Source: Planctomycetota bacterium (GTDB taxonomy: Bacteria > Planctomycetota > Phycisphaerae > Phycisphaerales > SM1A02). Taken from it: 64,000 bases of DNA. Under the pieces are notes generated by a model. It was not told where the DNA came from. It did no database searches and saw only the letters and a program-made list of their open reading frames with translations. The DNA is taken from contig JADFFQ010000009.1 of the NCBI GenBank assembly GCA_022568135.1, positions 4,741-68,740 of the forward strand, in the 5' to 3' direction. A program made the translations under genes and the position numbers. Positions within the stretch are counted from its first letter, which is position 1, and each line of letters opens with the position of its first letter. Below are positions 50,721-61,055 of the stretch, one piece after another.

Positions 50721-51821
50721 TCATCCTACGCCGCCGGTGTCAACCCCACCAACGGGCGACGTGAGCTGGCTGTCTGAGCCGTCGCAGGCGTCGGCGGCGA
50801 ACGTGTTGATCCGGTCGATCATCGCCCGCAGAAGTCCGTATTGCCGGCGGGTATGAAGGAACGCCAGTCGGGGTAGGTCCAGGTGATCGTCCTCACCGTT
50901 CAGTGGGCCGCATTGCACAATCCGGCCGGTCTTCACCAGCCCGGCGAAGGCATCGTTGAGCGAATCGATCTGGGCATCAGTCAGCTTCTGAGAAAGCCGC
51001 AAGACAAGCTGATCGCCCACGTAGCGGCTGGAGTGATAGACACGGTAGAACCGGGTGACATGCTCGACCGCGTGATCGATCGAAGGAGCAATGTAATAAA
51101 GTCCGGGATCCTCGGGGCTGATCATTCCCCCGTCGAGCAGATTCTTGCGGATATAGGTGTCCCAGTGCTTCCAATAGGTGCCGCCGTCGCCTTCGGCCAG
51201 CACGACGGGAACAATGTTGGACCTGCCGGTCTGGACGAGAGTCATCGCCTCGAAAACCTCATCCTGTGTGCCGAAACCGCCTGGGAAGGCCGCCACCGCG
51301 TCGGCGTGGCTCATGAACATCAGCTTGCGGGTGAAGAAGTACCGGAAGTTGATCAGCTTGGGGTCACCTTCGATGACCGTATTGGCAGTGGTCTCAAACG
51401 GCAGCCGGATGGACAAACCGAAACCGGCCTCGCGTCGTGGACCTTCAAGCCCGGCCTTCATGATGCCGTCGCCGGCCCCGGTAATCGACATCCAGCCTTG
51501 GCGAGTAATCGCGGCGCTGAGCTGCTTGGCGGCCAGGTAGTCGCGATGATCCTCAGGTGTGCGGGCCGAGCCGAAGATGGCGATCTTGCGCGTCGGGGTA
51601 TAGCGGTTGAAGACGCGATAGGCATAACGCATGTCCTTCAGCGCGCGGTTGAGCAGCTTCAGCTGGCCGGTGTCGTGACCGTCGCCGAGCATCTTGAGGC
51701 TGGTCTGGACAAGCTGCACGATCATCCGCCCCTCGAACGACTCGGGATCACCGCCAAGCGATTCGATCAGCGCGTGGATGGCGTTGACGGTCTGTTCATC
51801 TGTTGTGGAGGGGCGGGTCAT
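50721..51821 (-). CDS. LOG-family protein (TIGR00730 / PpnN-like nucleotide 5'-monophosphate nucleosidase).
   Basis: IAIFGSARTPEDHRDYLAAKQLSAAITRQGWMSITGAGDGIMKAG...PGGFGTQDEVFEAMTLVQTG. Confidence 0.75.
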   Translation of the reverse strand: MTRPSTTDEQTVNAIHALIESLGGDPESFEGRMIVQLVQTSLKMLGDGHDTGQLKLLNRALKDMRYAYRVFNRYTPTRKIAIFGSARTPEDHRDYLAAKQLSAAITRQGWMSITGAGDGIMKAGLEGPRREAGFGLSIRLPFETTANTVIEGDPKLINFRYFFTRKLMFMSHADAVAAFPGGFGTQDEVFEAMTLVQTGRSNIVPVVLAEGDGGTYWKHWDTYIRKNLLDGGMISPEDPGLYYIAPSIDHAVEHVTRFYRVYHSSRYVGDQLVLRLSQKLTDAQIDSLNDAFAGLVKTGRIVQCGPLNGEDDHLDLPRLAFLHTRRQYGLLRAMIDRINTFAADACDGSDSQLTSPVGGVDTGGVG

Positions 51822-51904
51822 CGCAATCTATTCGCCTCCGAAACGTGAGTCTTGGAGACCGCTCGACGGGCGGTATGTGCCCACCGGCGGTTGAGGCCCA
51901 TCAC

Positions 51905-54900
51905 TCAGCCATCCACCCGCTGGGCGATGGTCACTGATCGCTGCGGTGTCTTACCCTGGCTGACGCGAGGGAGGGGGATGAGTCTCGCTTGAGGATCACC
52001 AAGTGGGCCGGTCACTTCAACCACGAAAAGCTGATCGCTCAGCCCGGCAATCAGATCCCTAATCACGGGCACCGTGCCGCGAGTGCGAAAGCGTACATCC
52101 AGCTCCATGCCGGGGTAGCTCATACTACCTTCGCCGACGAGTTCCAGGGTGGGACATTCCAAAAAGAGTCGTTCGAAAACGATACGGTCTCGCTGGACAT
52201 AGAACTCCAGATCGGCGAAATCCAGGCTGCCGCTGAATGGGGGCATCAACTCGACGAGCTGCAATACCCGAAGAGTCAAGGGCATGCTGATCATGCGTCC
52301 ATGGATCACGCGAATGGCGCCGCGGCCCCGCCGCGTCTCGGGATGCCCGCGTCGCCCGGCCACGCGCAGTGAAGCGTACAACTCACCGCTTGGCGGGTCG
52401 CCGGCGCTTAGGGCGGATTCGGGTTCACCTCGTGTTGGTTCATCTCCTACAACGATTTCCTCCAGCGACACGCCGACCAGGTCGATGGCAGCCTGGTATT
52501 CGCTGCCCGAGTCCAAGCCGACCGAGGCCTGCAACGTGACCACACCGCCGTACATGTCAGCCCGAAACTCCCCAATAGAAAGGACGCGACCATCACTGCC
52601 CAGACTGATGCGCGCCTTGATGTTGGTGAGTTCACGGCCATTCGCCCGCGCGTGGTCGGCGCGGGCCAGAATGTCGAGACTTGTGCCCACGCCCGGCTGG
52701 TACTCAGCGTGCAGATCAAACACGCCGTCCAGTTCGCTGATCTTGACGCCCGCGTGCAATGATGCGCCTCGGGTCTCCAATCGGCCGGTAAGGGTCGTAT
52801 GCCATCGCCCACCCGTTTCGCCGGGCTCAACCTCGGCGATGTGAAGCTCGGCATCACCAAAGTGAACCGACTCGGCCGATCCAATCTTGAGTGAGTCGAG
52901 AGCCGATCGCAGCGATGCGGGGAGAAATGCAAGAACCTGCGGGCTGTCGAGCCGGCCAAGATAATCCAACTGCAAATCTGCTTCGAGCGGGCCCTCGGTC
53001 TGCACGGTGCCGTCGAGATGGAATATACCCCCGGCAAGACGCCCGGCCAGGTCCCGCAAAGTCACCAGCCCTGGCGCCAACGTAACCTCGGCTCCCTGGT
53101 CGAATTCCGCAAAGACCGGGGTATCGTTCACCCGAAGCGACAACGTGTCCGGCCAGACCGTGAACTCATAGCGTTGAGGTTGGTCTTCACGAGGCGATTC
53201 GTAGCTGAACTCGGCGTCGAATGCTCCTTGGGGGCGGTAGCGGCGATAGCGCTCGGCCTGGCCAGCGGCGCCGATGAGGTTCAACGCCTCGGTGATCAGC
53301 GGTGAGGCGAACTGAGCGGCGGCCCAGGATCCCCGCAGGCGAAAGTCCGGGCCATCATCGGACGGGCCGTAATGGCCGTCGAGCACGATTACGCCGTCGT
53401 CCCGATCTGGACCGCGCACTCGCATGGTCAGGTCGTCAAAGATCACCTGGTCGGCTCGCACCACAATTTCGCCGCGCTCGCGGATCAGCCAGACCCGCTC
53501 GCCGTCAATCAGGAGGCTGAGTTCCTCCGGCCAGAGAACCAGCTGCACTTCTTGGGACTCGCTGCCCAGCGCGTGATAGTGCAGCTTCGCGTGGTAGGTT
53601 CCTTTTGGCTGATAACGCTGCCACAAGGTCGTCACGCGCTGCGCGCCTTCATCAGGAACGAGATCGACCAGATACCGCTCGAATGCAACATCATTGAAGT
53701 GCATGGTGAGGTTCATTTCGGGCGGGTCCGCCGTCAGATCGACCTGGCCGACGGCGGTGATGCGACCGTCTCCGCGATTCCCGGCGAAGTCAACCAGCTC
53801 AATCGCGTCCGGCCTTATCCGAATCAGAGCCTCAACGGCATCGAGTGAACAGCCCTTCGGCCAGGGCAGGCCGAATCCCCGGCCGGCCGTCGGTGACTTG
53901 CCGGACGGCTGCGCGGCGCCGTCGAAGAACTCCACGGTGAAGTCGTAGGTTGTTTGACCGGCAGGGTCGGCGGTGATGGTGCCGGCGTAGTTCATCAAGC
54001 CGCTCAAGCCGGCATCGGCGAGGAAGCGCGCAATACGAGAACGCCTCGTCCCCAGTTGTCCGGCCGCCTGGTCCAAGTCAGCCCGCTCGGCCTCGGTGAG
54101 GGGCATGGCCGCATAGAGGAGCTCGCCAAGGGAGTCGCCGGTCAACTCTATGGCAAGGTCCGGCTCTGCGTAGGTCTCCCGCTCAGTTCGATGCAGGCGG
54201 ACTTCGCCGGTAACCATCCCGCGCCCTCCGCCGGGTGTGACGATGGGAATGCCCTCGCCTTGCTCGCCGGAGACGATGACGATCTGTTGGTTCTCCAGAC
54301 TCAGGATTCCGCCTCGCACGTAGATCGGATAGGGGAATCCTTCGTAGACGACGCCGGCTTCGTGGACGGTTACCGTGCCGGTGATCTCGGTGCGCTGGGC
54401 GGGCCCGCGGGGACGTTGGATCGTCAGGTCCAGGTCCACACGCCCCCCCAATTCAAACGGCCCGGCAGCGATTAGCGTTTCCAGCTGATCAATCTCTCGT
54501 TCGAGGCTCTGGCGACGGCTGACCGCCTCCAGTGAGCTGAGGTCTTCGCGGAGTCGCCATAGGTCGTCGGTCTTGCGTTGTTTGGTACGACGAGCGTCAG
54601 CAATCGCGGCGTCGTCGGGCAGCAGACCCGCCTCGGCCAGTGCCTCGTACGACGGCCGATGCAGCATCGCGTCGAATGTCGTCCGCTCACCGCCCTTCAG
54701 CGCTTCGCGGAACCGCGCGTCGAGAGGAATGTCGCTGGCAAACAGCCGCAGCGACACCGCGGCTTCACCGCTGGGAGGTGCGATCCAACCGGACATTTTG
54801 ATCGTCGAGTTGCTCGATCCCTGGCCGGTCAGCTCGTGGATCGTCACCTGGTCGCTGTCGAACTCGACGCATGCGCTGACATTCTCCAGGGGATACGGAA

Positions 54901-56314
54901 AGGCCTGGAAGGCTCCGGAGGCTTCTCGGATGGTCGCTTCGCCGATTGTACGGATCGGCTGGGGGATCAGCTGACCATCGTCGCCCACCGTCGGCTCAGA
55001 ACGACTGATCTGCACGTCCATACCAAGCGACCATCCGGTCAGGTTGAACCTGGCCAGGGTCTCGGCTACCTGTCGTGGAAGGTCCACGGCCGGGGTGTCG
55101 GAATCGGTGCTCGGCGCCAGGCTGAAGTCATCCATCACGAGACTCATCTCGAACGGCGCGGTGGCCAGCACCTGCTCCATCCATTCTTGCTGGTGTTCCC
55201 AATCAAACTTCGGCAGGTCATGGATCGACAAATTGACTCGATACGGCACACCGATCGACTGCTGGGATGTCGCAGAGCTGCCCAACTCGCCGATGAGTTC
55301 GTCGAGGCTGAGTTCGTCACCGCGAAGTTTGATCGTTCCGCTGTGGACGCGCATTCTCGGCCGGCTCGCCGCCGCCTCGACCCGGCCCTGCTTATAACTG
55401 GTCCAGAAATCATCGGTCGAGATCGGAATCGTCAGCGCAACCCGATCGATGGCCAGCTCGGCGGTGAACGGCTGGCCCCGCCTCCATTGCACGGTAGCGC
55501 TGGCGAGGCGGCCTTGCGGCTGCATCCGCTGCCACCAGAGCCGTGCGATCTGCGGGCACATGCCGAGGGTCCGCTGGTCGAGCACCAGTCCATCGATCTG
55601 CGCCCGGTGCTCGAGCGTCTCCACGTTCCACGTTCCGCTGATGGATACGCCAGTCTGTCCCAGATTGACGCCGTCCTCGGCGAGCTCGGTCAGCTCGAAG
55701 CGGTACCACGCGCCGCTGTCGGTCGCAGGATACATCTTCCCGGCCACGCGTCGCAAACCGGTCCGAACGAACTTGCCCCCATCGTGCGTGCCCATTTCAA
55801 TAATCGCACTCTCGATCCGTACGCTTGGGGCCAGGAACGGCTGGTCCTTCTCGCGGTCCAGTGACCATTGGGGATCCAGAGCCGAGAAGTTGAAGACCCC
55901 GGGCGTCTGTGCGTCTTCGCTGAGGCGAAGAAGAACTCCCTCGAGCCGGACGTCCTTGATGTGTATCCGGTCGTGCAGGATCGTGCTCATGTCCACAACA
56001 ACCACGACGCGATCGATGCCGAGCACCTGGGCCGCCGGACCTTTGTGTGTCCGGGTACGCAAGGTGAGATCCTCAAAGACGAGGGTGCCGTTGCCGAGAT
56101 AGGTCGCGGCGCCGATTCCTACCTCGCCCCCGAGATTCCGCGACAGTTGGGGCCTGGCCAGCAAGATGATGAACCATGAGGGTGTCGCCAGCCACAGCAG
56201 CACGGCCGTCAGCAGCGGCGCGAGAGCGATCGCCAGCACGACCACCCTCAGCGAGGGCCTCCGGCATATTCGCAGACCTGGCGATAATCTGAAAGATGCG
56301 TGAGCTTGGGTCAT
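51905..56314 (-). CDS. Very large (1469 aa) membrane-anchored AsmA/TamB-like protein.
   Basis: Single N-terminal TM helix, then long beta-rich repetitive sequence. The size and architecture resemble TamB/YhdP. No sharper motif was found. Confidence 0.45.
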   Translation of the reverse strand: MTQAHASFRLSPGLRICRRPSLRVVVLAIALAPLLTAVLLWLATPSWFIILLARPQLSRNLGGEVGIGAATYLGNGTLVFEDLTLRTRTHKGPAAQVLGIDRVVVVVDMSTILHDRIHIKDVRLEGVLLRLSEDAQTPGVFNFSALDPQWSLDREKDQPFLAPSVRIESAIIEMGTHDGGKFVRTGLRRVAGKMYPATDSGAWYRFELTELAEDGVNLGQTGVSISGTWNVETLEHRAQIDGLVLDQRTLGMCPQIARLWWQRMQPQGRLASATVQWRRGQPFTAELAIDRVALTIPISTDDFWTSYKQGRVEAAASRPRMRVHSGTIKLRGDELSLDELIGELGSSATSQQSIGVPYRVNLSIHDLPKFDWEHQQEWMEQVLATAPFEMSLVMDDFSLAPSTDSDTPAVDLPRQVAETLARFNLTGWSLGMDVQISRSEPTVGDDGQLIPQPIRTIGEATIREASGAFQAFPYPLENVSACVEFDSDQVTIHELTGQGSSNSTIKMSGWIAPPSGEAAVSLRLFASDIPLDARFREALKGGERTTFDAMLHRPSYEALAEAGLLPDDAAIADARRTKQRKTDDLWRLREDLSSLEAVSRRQSLEREIDQLETLIAAGPFELGGRVDLDLTIQRPRGPAQRTEITGTVTVHEAGVVYEGFPYPIYVRGGILSLENQQIVIVSGEQGEGIPIVTPGGGRGMVTGEVRLHRTERETYAEPDLAIELTGDSLGELLYAAMPLTEAERADLDQAAGQLGTRRSRIARFLADAGLSGLMNYAGTITADPAGQTTYDFTVEFFDGAAQPSGKSPTAGRGFGLPWPKGCSLDAVEALIRIRPDAIELVDFAGNRGDGRITAVGQVDLTADPPEMNLTMHFNDVAFERYLVDLVPDEGAQRVTTLWQRYQPKGTYHAKLHYHALGSESQEVQLVLWPEELSLLIDGERVWLIRERGEIVVRADQVIFDDLTMRVRGPDRDDGVIVLDGHYGPSDDGPDFRLRGSWAAAQFASPLITEALNLIGAAGQAERYRRYRPQGAFDAEFSYESPREDQPQRYEFTVWPDTLSLRVNDTPVFAEFDQGAEVTLAPGLVTLRDLAGRLAGGIFHLDGTVQTEGPLEADLQLDYLGRLDSPQVLAFLPASLRSALDSLKIGSAESVHFGDAELHIAEVEPGETGGRWHTTLTGRLETRGASLHAGVKISELDGVFDLHAEYQPGVGTSLDILARADHARANGRELTNIKARISLGSDGRVLSIGEFRADMYGGVVTLQASVGLDSGSEYQAAIDLVGVSLEEIVVGDEPTRGEPESALSAGDPPSGELYASLRVAGRRGHPETRRGRGAIRVIHGRMISMPLTLRVLQLVELMPPFSGSLDFADLEFYVQRDRIVFERLFLECPTLELVGEGSMSYPGMELDVRFRTRGTVPVIRDLIAGLSDQLFVVEVTGPLGDPQARLIPLPRVSQGKTPQRSVTIAQRVDG

Positions 56315-56489
56315 GGTGGCATCGGGATGGTGACCCCGCGGCGGTACCCATATTCCACGGGCGTTACTTGGGTCCGGCGGCGCCCGGGTTCACCGTCCGT
56401 AGACTACGATGTGTCGTGCCGATCGGTTCACGTACAGGGACATCGGAAGGGACATCGGTTCATCGGTGCCCTGGACAGGAAGATGTTAT

Positions 56490-57380
56490 ATGCAGGTTGC
56501 ATTGACCGGTGTATCGGGGTTTATCGGCTCGGCCATCGCCCGGCGGTTGGCTAAGGCCGGGCATTCGGTGACCGGTCTGGTCAGGCCAAGCAGCCGCCGC
56601 GACCACGTCCGGCCATACGTACAACGCTTCGTCGTGGGTGATCAGGCCGATGATCGAATCTGGCCGGATCTGCTCGACGGCGCCGACTGCGTGATCCATA
56701 ATAGCGTTGATTGGCGGCCGCTGCGAGATCCGCCTGATCCCCAGCAGCACGCCCAGAGCAACATTGGGGCGTCGATCGGGCTCTTGCAGGCGGCGGCGCC
56801 CCGGCAATTCGTGTTTATCAGCTCTGTCGCGGTCCACCACGACATGCGGCCGCGGTGGGGCGGACTGATCGATGAGGATCATCCGCTGCGGCCGGCAAGC
56901 CTCTATGGTGCGTACAAGGCCGCCGTCGAGGCCCACCTGTGGGCCGCCCACTTCAGCCTCAGTCAACACACCTGCGCGCTACGCCCCTGCGCGGTCTATG
57001 GCATCGACCCCAACCTCCAACGTTCGATCGGGCACACGATCATCGAGGCGATCAGAAGCGGGAAGCCATTTCGTCGCCCCGGCGGCGGCAAGTTTGTCCA
57101 TGTTGAGGATGTCGCGGCGGCGGTGGTCGCTACGGTCGGCAATCCCGATGCGGCAGGCAAGGTCTACAACCTCGCAGACTGCTACGCCCGCTGGGCCGAC
57201 TGGGCGGTGATGGCCGGCGAGCTGCTCGGCCTCGAGGTCGAGATCGACACGTCAAGCCCGCCGCAGCCCAAGAACACATTCACCAAGGAGGCGGCGCGCT
57301 CGCTTGGCGTTGAACTCGATCGTGGCCACGACGGTATCCGCGAACATCTGCGCGAGCTGATCAAAGATATGACTGTGTAA
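56490..57380 (+). CDS. NAD-dependent epimerase/dehydratase (SDR family).
   Basis: MQVALTGVSGFIGSAIARRL Rossmann motif and YGAYKAAVE catalytic YxxxK. Confidence 0.8.
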   Translation: MQVALTGVSGFIGSAIARRLAKAGHSVTGLVRPSSRRDHVRPYVQRFVVGDQADDRIWPDLLDGADCVIHNSVDWRPLRDPPDPQQHAQSNIGASIGLLQAAAPRQFVFISSVAVHHDMRPRWGGLIDEDHPLRPASLYGAYKAAVEAHLWAAHFSLSQHTCALRPCAVYGIDPNLQRSIGHTIIEAIRSGKPFRRPGGGKFVHVEDVAAAVVATVGNPDAAGKVYNLADCYARWADWAVMAGELLGLEVEIDTSSPPQPKNTFTKEAARSLGVELDRGHDGIREHLRELIKDMTV

Positions 57381-58279
57381 TGGCAAGCGACTCGGGAACG
57401 ACAGGAACGTATCGAGGGCACACGATACAGCAGGATCTTCCCTGTCTCGGCTGTGGTTATAACCTTCGTGGCAACCGCACCAAAGGGAGGTGCCCGGAAT
57501 GCGGAGGGAGGATCGAAGATACGCTTACGGTGCTGGCCAGGCCGAACGATGTTGCCTTCGCTTTCAGAACAATCGGCAGGTCCTATGTCGGGTTCTACGG
57601 TGCTCTCCTTGTATGCCTCGGAGGCTTGCTTCTCCCTGTGATGATTGCCTGCGGTGCTTCGCTCGTTCGACTGATCGGTGTCTGGAGATTGTCGTTCGCC
57701 GCAGGCCTCGCAAGAATACCGATTCTTCGAAGAGGGCTCTGTTGGCTTGCTCTGCTGACCATCTTGGAACCCTTACCTCTGGCTGTGGTGCTCTTCTGGC
57801 GTTTCCCCGACGTGTCCTGGCGGTCTGAGAGTGCGCTTGAAAGCGAATGGTTTGGTGCTGCGGGATGCGCGTGGCTGCTCGTCATCCTTGGGGGAGCCTG
57901 GATTGCGGGACTGATTGGATCCAAAGTCGCAGCGATTCTTGAGTACGAGCGGATCATTGTCCAACTTCGCGCTCAGCGGCTACTCCTCGGGGCCAGCGCA
58001 ATAGCCGCGATGCTGTCGTATGCTGCTATGACGTTGATCTTCCCCGAGCCAATGCTCATTGGCTGCGCGATGGTTGTTAGCCTGCTCGGCGCAATCGCGA
58101 TCGGGCACACCATGGTGGCTCTTGGCCACCTGGCACAGGCGATGGAAGAGGAAGGGAAGGCGATCAGCGATCTGCTTCAGCAGGGACGCCGCCATCTACC
58201 CGATGGTGGGATCAATGATAATTCCGCCAGCCCGCCGCGAGGCGGATCGCACGACGAGATGGCGAATCAATCAGACTGA
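57380..58279 (+). CDS. Membrane protein with an N-terminal Cys4 zinc-ribbon (paralogue 1).
   Basis: LPCLGCGYNLRGNRTKGRCPECGG, followed by about six TM helices. The start overlaps the SDR stop (TAATG). Confidence 0.5.
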   Translation: MASDSGTTGTYRGHTIQQDLPCLGCGYNLRGNRTKGRCPECGGRIEDTLTVLARPNDVAFAFRTIGRSYVGFYGALLVCLGGLLLPVMIACGASLVRLIGVWRLSFAAGLARIPILRRGLCWLALLTILEPLPLAVVLFWRFPDVSWRSESALESEWFGAAGCAWLLVILGGAWIAGLIGSKVAAILEYERIIVQLRAQRLLLGASAIAAMLSYAAMTLIFPEPMLIGCAMVVSLLGAIAIGHTMVALGHLAQAMEEEGKAISDLLQQGRRHLPDGGINDNSASPPRGGSHDEMANQSD

Positions 58280-58356
58280 GGCTTCAGTGACTGAATGCTG
58301 ACTCAGCGAGATCGATCGCGCGGTCCGGCCGGCCGGCCCGGCGTCGGTCGTACAAT

Positions 58357-59289
58357 GTGACGGCGATGCACTGGACCGCATTGCTCGAAAAGCAGTATTT
58401 CCCGCCACAGGCAACGATCATCGACGATCTGCCGTGTGTCAGCTGCGGGTACAACCTGCGGGCAGCCCGGGTGGTGGGAGTATGCCCGGAATGCGGCCAG
58501 CCTGTCAGCGACTCGCTGTGGGCACTGGCCAGGCCGGACCAGGTCGCCAGCGGCTTGCGAAGCATCGGGAAGAGCTATCTTGGTCTGTTCGGGCTGATCC
58601 TCGTCGCAATCGGGAGCATCACCAACCCATGGGCGGGTTGGGCCGGGGCGATCATCCTCATTGCGACAGCGATCATCCGCGCGTTTGGTGTCGCGGAGTT
58701 GCGGTTCCGGGCCGCCATCGACAAAATGCCGGTGGTCGGACGGCGGGTTCGTGTGCTGTGGCCGTTGTCGCTGCTGGACGTGGTGCTCACGATCGGTTGG
58801 TTTGTCGTACTACTGATGGTCCAACCTAATGTCCCTGCGACCAGTTGGTCCCAGGCTGCAGTGGTACTGCCGGGTGCGGCCTGGCTCTGCACAACCTTTG
58901 CGGCAGCAGTCATGGCCGGGTCGATGGGAGCCAGCCTCGCCGCGTTGCTGGGATATGAATCCGTCGTCCGTGAGCTCCGTGCACAATACATTTTGCTCCT
59001 CGCCCTGCTGCCCTTGTTCATCGTGCTGTCACTGGCCGGCTGGCTGCTCTCGATCCTCTTTCGGATTCAGCCCCAGGGGATGATGCTAAGTGTCGTGCCG
59101 ATGTTCCTGGTTCTGTGTTTGGTGGTCGCGCTGGGGCTGACATTCACCGGCATGTTGCACCTGGCGAATGGTGCCGAGCGGGAACGCGACCCGCTCGATC
59201 ACCTCGTTGATACCCCCAGGACCCACTACGTCCCTGACCGATCGAACGATGACCAAGACAACCCTCCATCGATTAAGATGGAGTCATAA
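58357..59289 (+). CDS. Membrane protein with an N-terminal Cys4 zinc-ribbon (paralogue 2).
   Basis: LPCVSCGYNLRAARVVGVCPECGQ, followed by TM helices. Confidence 0.5.
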   Translation: MTAMHWTALLEKQYFPPQATIIDDLPCVSCGYNLRAARVVGVCPECGQPVSDSLWALARPDQVASGLRSIGKSYLGLFGLILVAIGSITNPWAGWAGAIILIATAIIRAFGVAELRFRAAIDKMPVVGRRVRVLWPLSLLDVVLTIGWFVVLLMVQPNVPATSWSQAAVVLPGAAWLCTTFAAAVMAGSMGASLAALLGYESVVRELRAQYILLLALLPLFIVLSLAGWLLSILFRIQPQGMMLSVVPMFLVLCLVVALGLTFTGMLHLANGAERERDPLDHLVDTPRTHYVPDRSNDDQDNPPSIKMES

Positions 59290-59361
59290 GCGACCCTGCA
59301 CAGGAATCGATGGCTGGAGAGTCCTCCCTGCGATGCCAGGTGATCTCGCCGCCGTTTCCGT

Positions 59362-60990
59362 CTATCGGGTGCGGTCAACGCCGTGCGCATCCTCTGCGGC
59401 CGGTGGTTCTGCGAAGGCGGACTCGGCGAGATCGATCGCGCGGCCCAGCGCCGCGGCTTTGTTGACCGTCTCATCGTATTCTCGGGCGGGAACTGAATCG
59501 GCGACAATCCCGGCCCCGGCCTGAAGGTGCACGGTCCATTCGTTTCGTGCCTTGGTGCCTTCGCGCCTTCGCGGTTGCTGGGTTGGCACCACCATCGTGC
59601 GGAGGGTGAGCGCAAGATCCATGTCGCCGTTGAATCCAACCACGCCGATCCCACCGGCATAGGGTCCGCGGCGGGTCGGCTCAAGCTCGTCGATGATCTG
59701 CATGGCACGGACCTTGGGTGCCCCGCTAACGGTTCCCACCGGCAGGGCCGCCCGCAAGGCGTCCCAGGCATCGAGCCCGGCGCGCAGCCGGCCGGTCACG
59801 GTCGAGCTCAGATGCATCACGTGGCTGTAGCGCTCCACCTCCATGATCCGCTGAAGTTCAATCGAACCGGCGTCGCAGACGCGTCCGAGATCGTTACGGC
59901 CCAGGTCCACGAGCATGACATGCTCGGCCCGTTCCTTCTCATCGGCCAGCAGCTCCTGTTCCAGGGCGCGGTCCTGCTCGATGGTCGCCCCGCGCGGGCG
60001 CGTCCCAGCGAGGGGGCGGTTGGTCACGACCCCTCGTTCGACCCGGCACAGGATCTCGGGGCTCGCGCCGACGAGGATCGAACCCGCCGACTGTAAATAA
60101 ACCATATAGGGACTCGGGTTGACGATGCGCAGTGCCCTGTAGATTTCAAACGGGTCGGCACGGGTTTGACGATCGAACCGTTGGCTGAGGACGATCTGAA
60201 AGGCGTCGCCGGCTGCGATGTACTCTTTGCATTGGTGTACCGCCGCCTCGAAGCCGCATCGCGTGAAGTTGCCAGTCATCGGCGCGGCCGGCAGATCGTG
60301 CAGATCCAGATCAACCGTTCCCGCCGCCAAGGGTGCCGCAGGTGTCATTAATCGATGCACGAACTCACCGAGCTGCTCGCAGCCGGCGTGGAAGGCAGCG
60401 TCGACCGAATCGTGCTCGTCCAGCAAGATGTGACTGATCGCGTAGACCATCTTGTCCACGTGGTCGAAGACGGCGACCTGGTGATACAAACCGAAGTGCA
60501 TGTCCGGCAGACCCCGATCATCAGGCGGAGCTGCGTCGAATGGGAGCTTTTGCGGCTCCAGGTACCGCACGGTGTCATAGCCCGCGTAGCCCACCCATCC
60601 GCCGGTAAACCGCGCGTTGAGCCCTCGCCTGGACTCGCACGTTTCTGGAGCGGGACGCCAGGCTTGAATCAGATGTTTCGGCACGGCCAATGGATCAGCC
60701 TCGCGGGTGGTGATCGACGCGCCCCGGGCATGATCGATCACGGTCACCTCATCTTGGCGGGCAATGACTTCGACCGCCGGCTGCGCCCCGAGGAAGGAGT
60801 ATCGCCCCACCGTGGTGCCGCTCTCGACCGATTCGAGCAGAAAACTCGGCGCGGTTCGGTCGTCCGGGGCGACAAGCCGGCGGTAGGCCAGCACCGGGGT
60901 AAGCTGGTCACCCATCACCCGCTGGACGATCGGGATGAGGTTGCCGCGGTCGGCTAGCCGGCGAAACGTTCTCAAGTCGGGCGTGGGCAT
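59362..60990 (-). CDS. trpE: Anthranilate synthase component I.
   Basis: FLLESVESGTTVGRYSFLG, GAPKVRAMQIIDELE and PYAGGIGVVGFNGDMDLALTLRT motifs. Confidence 0.8.
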   Translation of the reverse strand: MPTPDLRTFRRLADRGNLIPIVQRVMGDQLTPVLAYRRLVAPDDRTAPSFLLESVESGTTVGRYSFLGAQPAVEVIARQDEVTVIDHARGASITTREADPLAVPKHLIQAWRPAPETCESRRGLNARFTGGWVGYAGYDTVRYLEPQKLPFDAAPPDDRGLPDMHFGLYHQVAVFDHVDKMVYAISHILLDEHDSVDAAFHAGCEQLGEFVHRLMTPAAPLAAGTVDLDLHDLPAAPMTGNFTRCGFEAAVHQCKEYIAAGDAFQIVLSQRFDRQTRADPFEIYRALRIVNPSPYMVYLQSAGSILVGASPEILCRVERGVVTNRPLAGTRPRGATIEQDRALEQELLADEKERAEHVMLVDLGRNDLGRVCDAGSIELQRIMEVERYSHVMHLSSTVTGRLRAGLDAWDALRAALPVGTVSGAPKVRAMQIIDELEPTRRGPYAGGIGVVGFNGDMDLALTLRTMVVPTQQPRRREGTKARNEWTVHLQAGAGIVADSVPAREYDETVNKAAALGRAIDLAESAFAEPPAAEDAHGVDRTR

Positions 60991-61055
60991 GGCAACAGAG
61001 TCTAGCGGTGGATATCACCCGATATCGATCGGTACAATCACGGTAGAGCTTCGCT

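Noticed and set aside
54578-55864. 428-aa plus-strand ORF inside the TamB-like gene.
   Set aside because: Antisense to the continuous 1469-aa ORF; R/G/A-rich.
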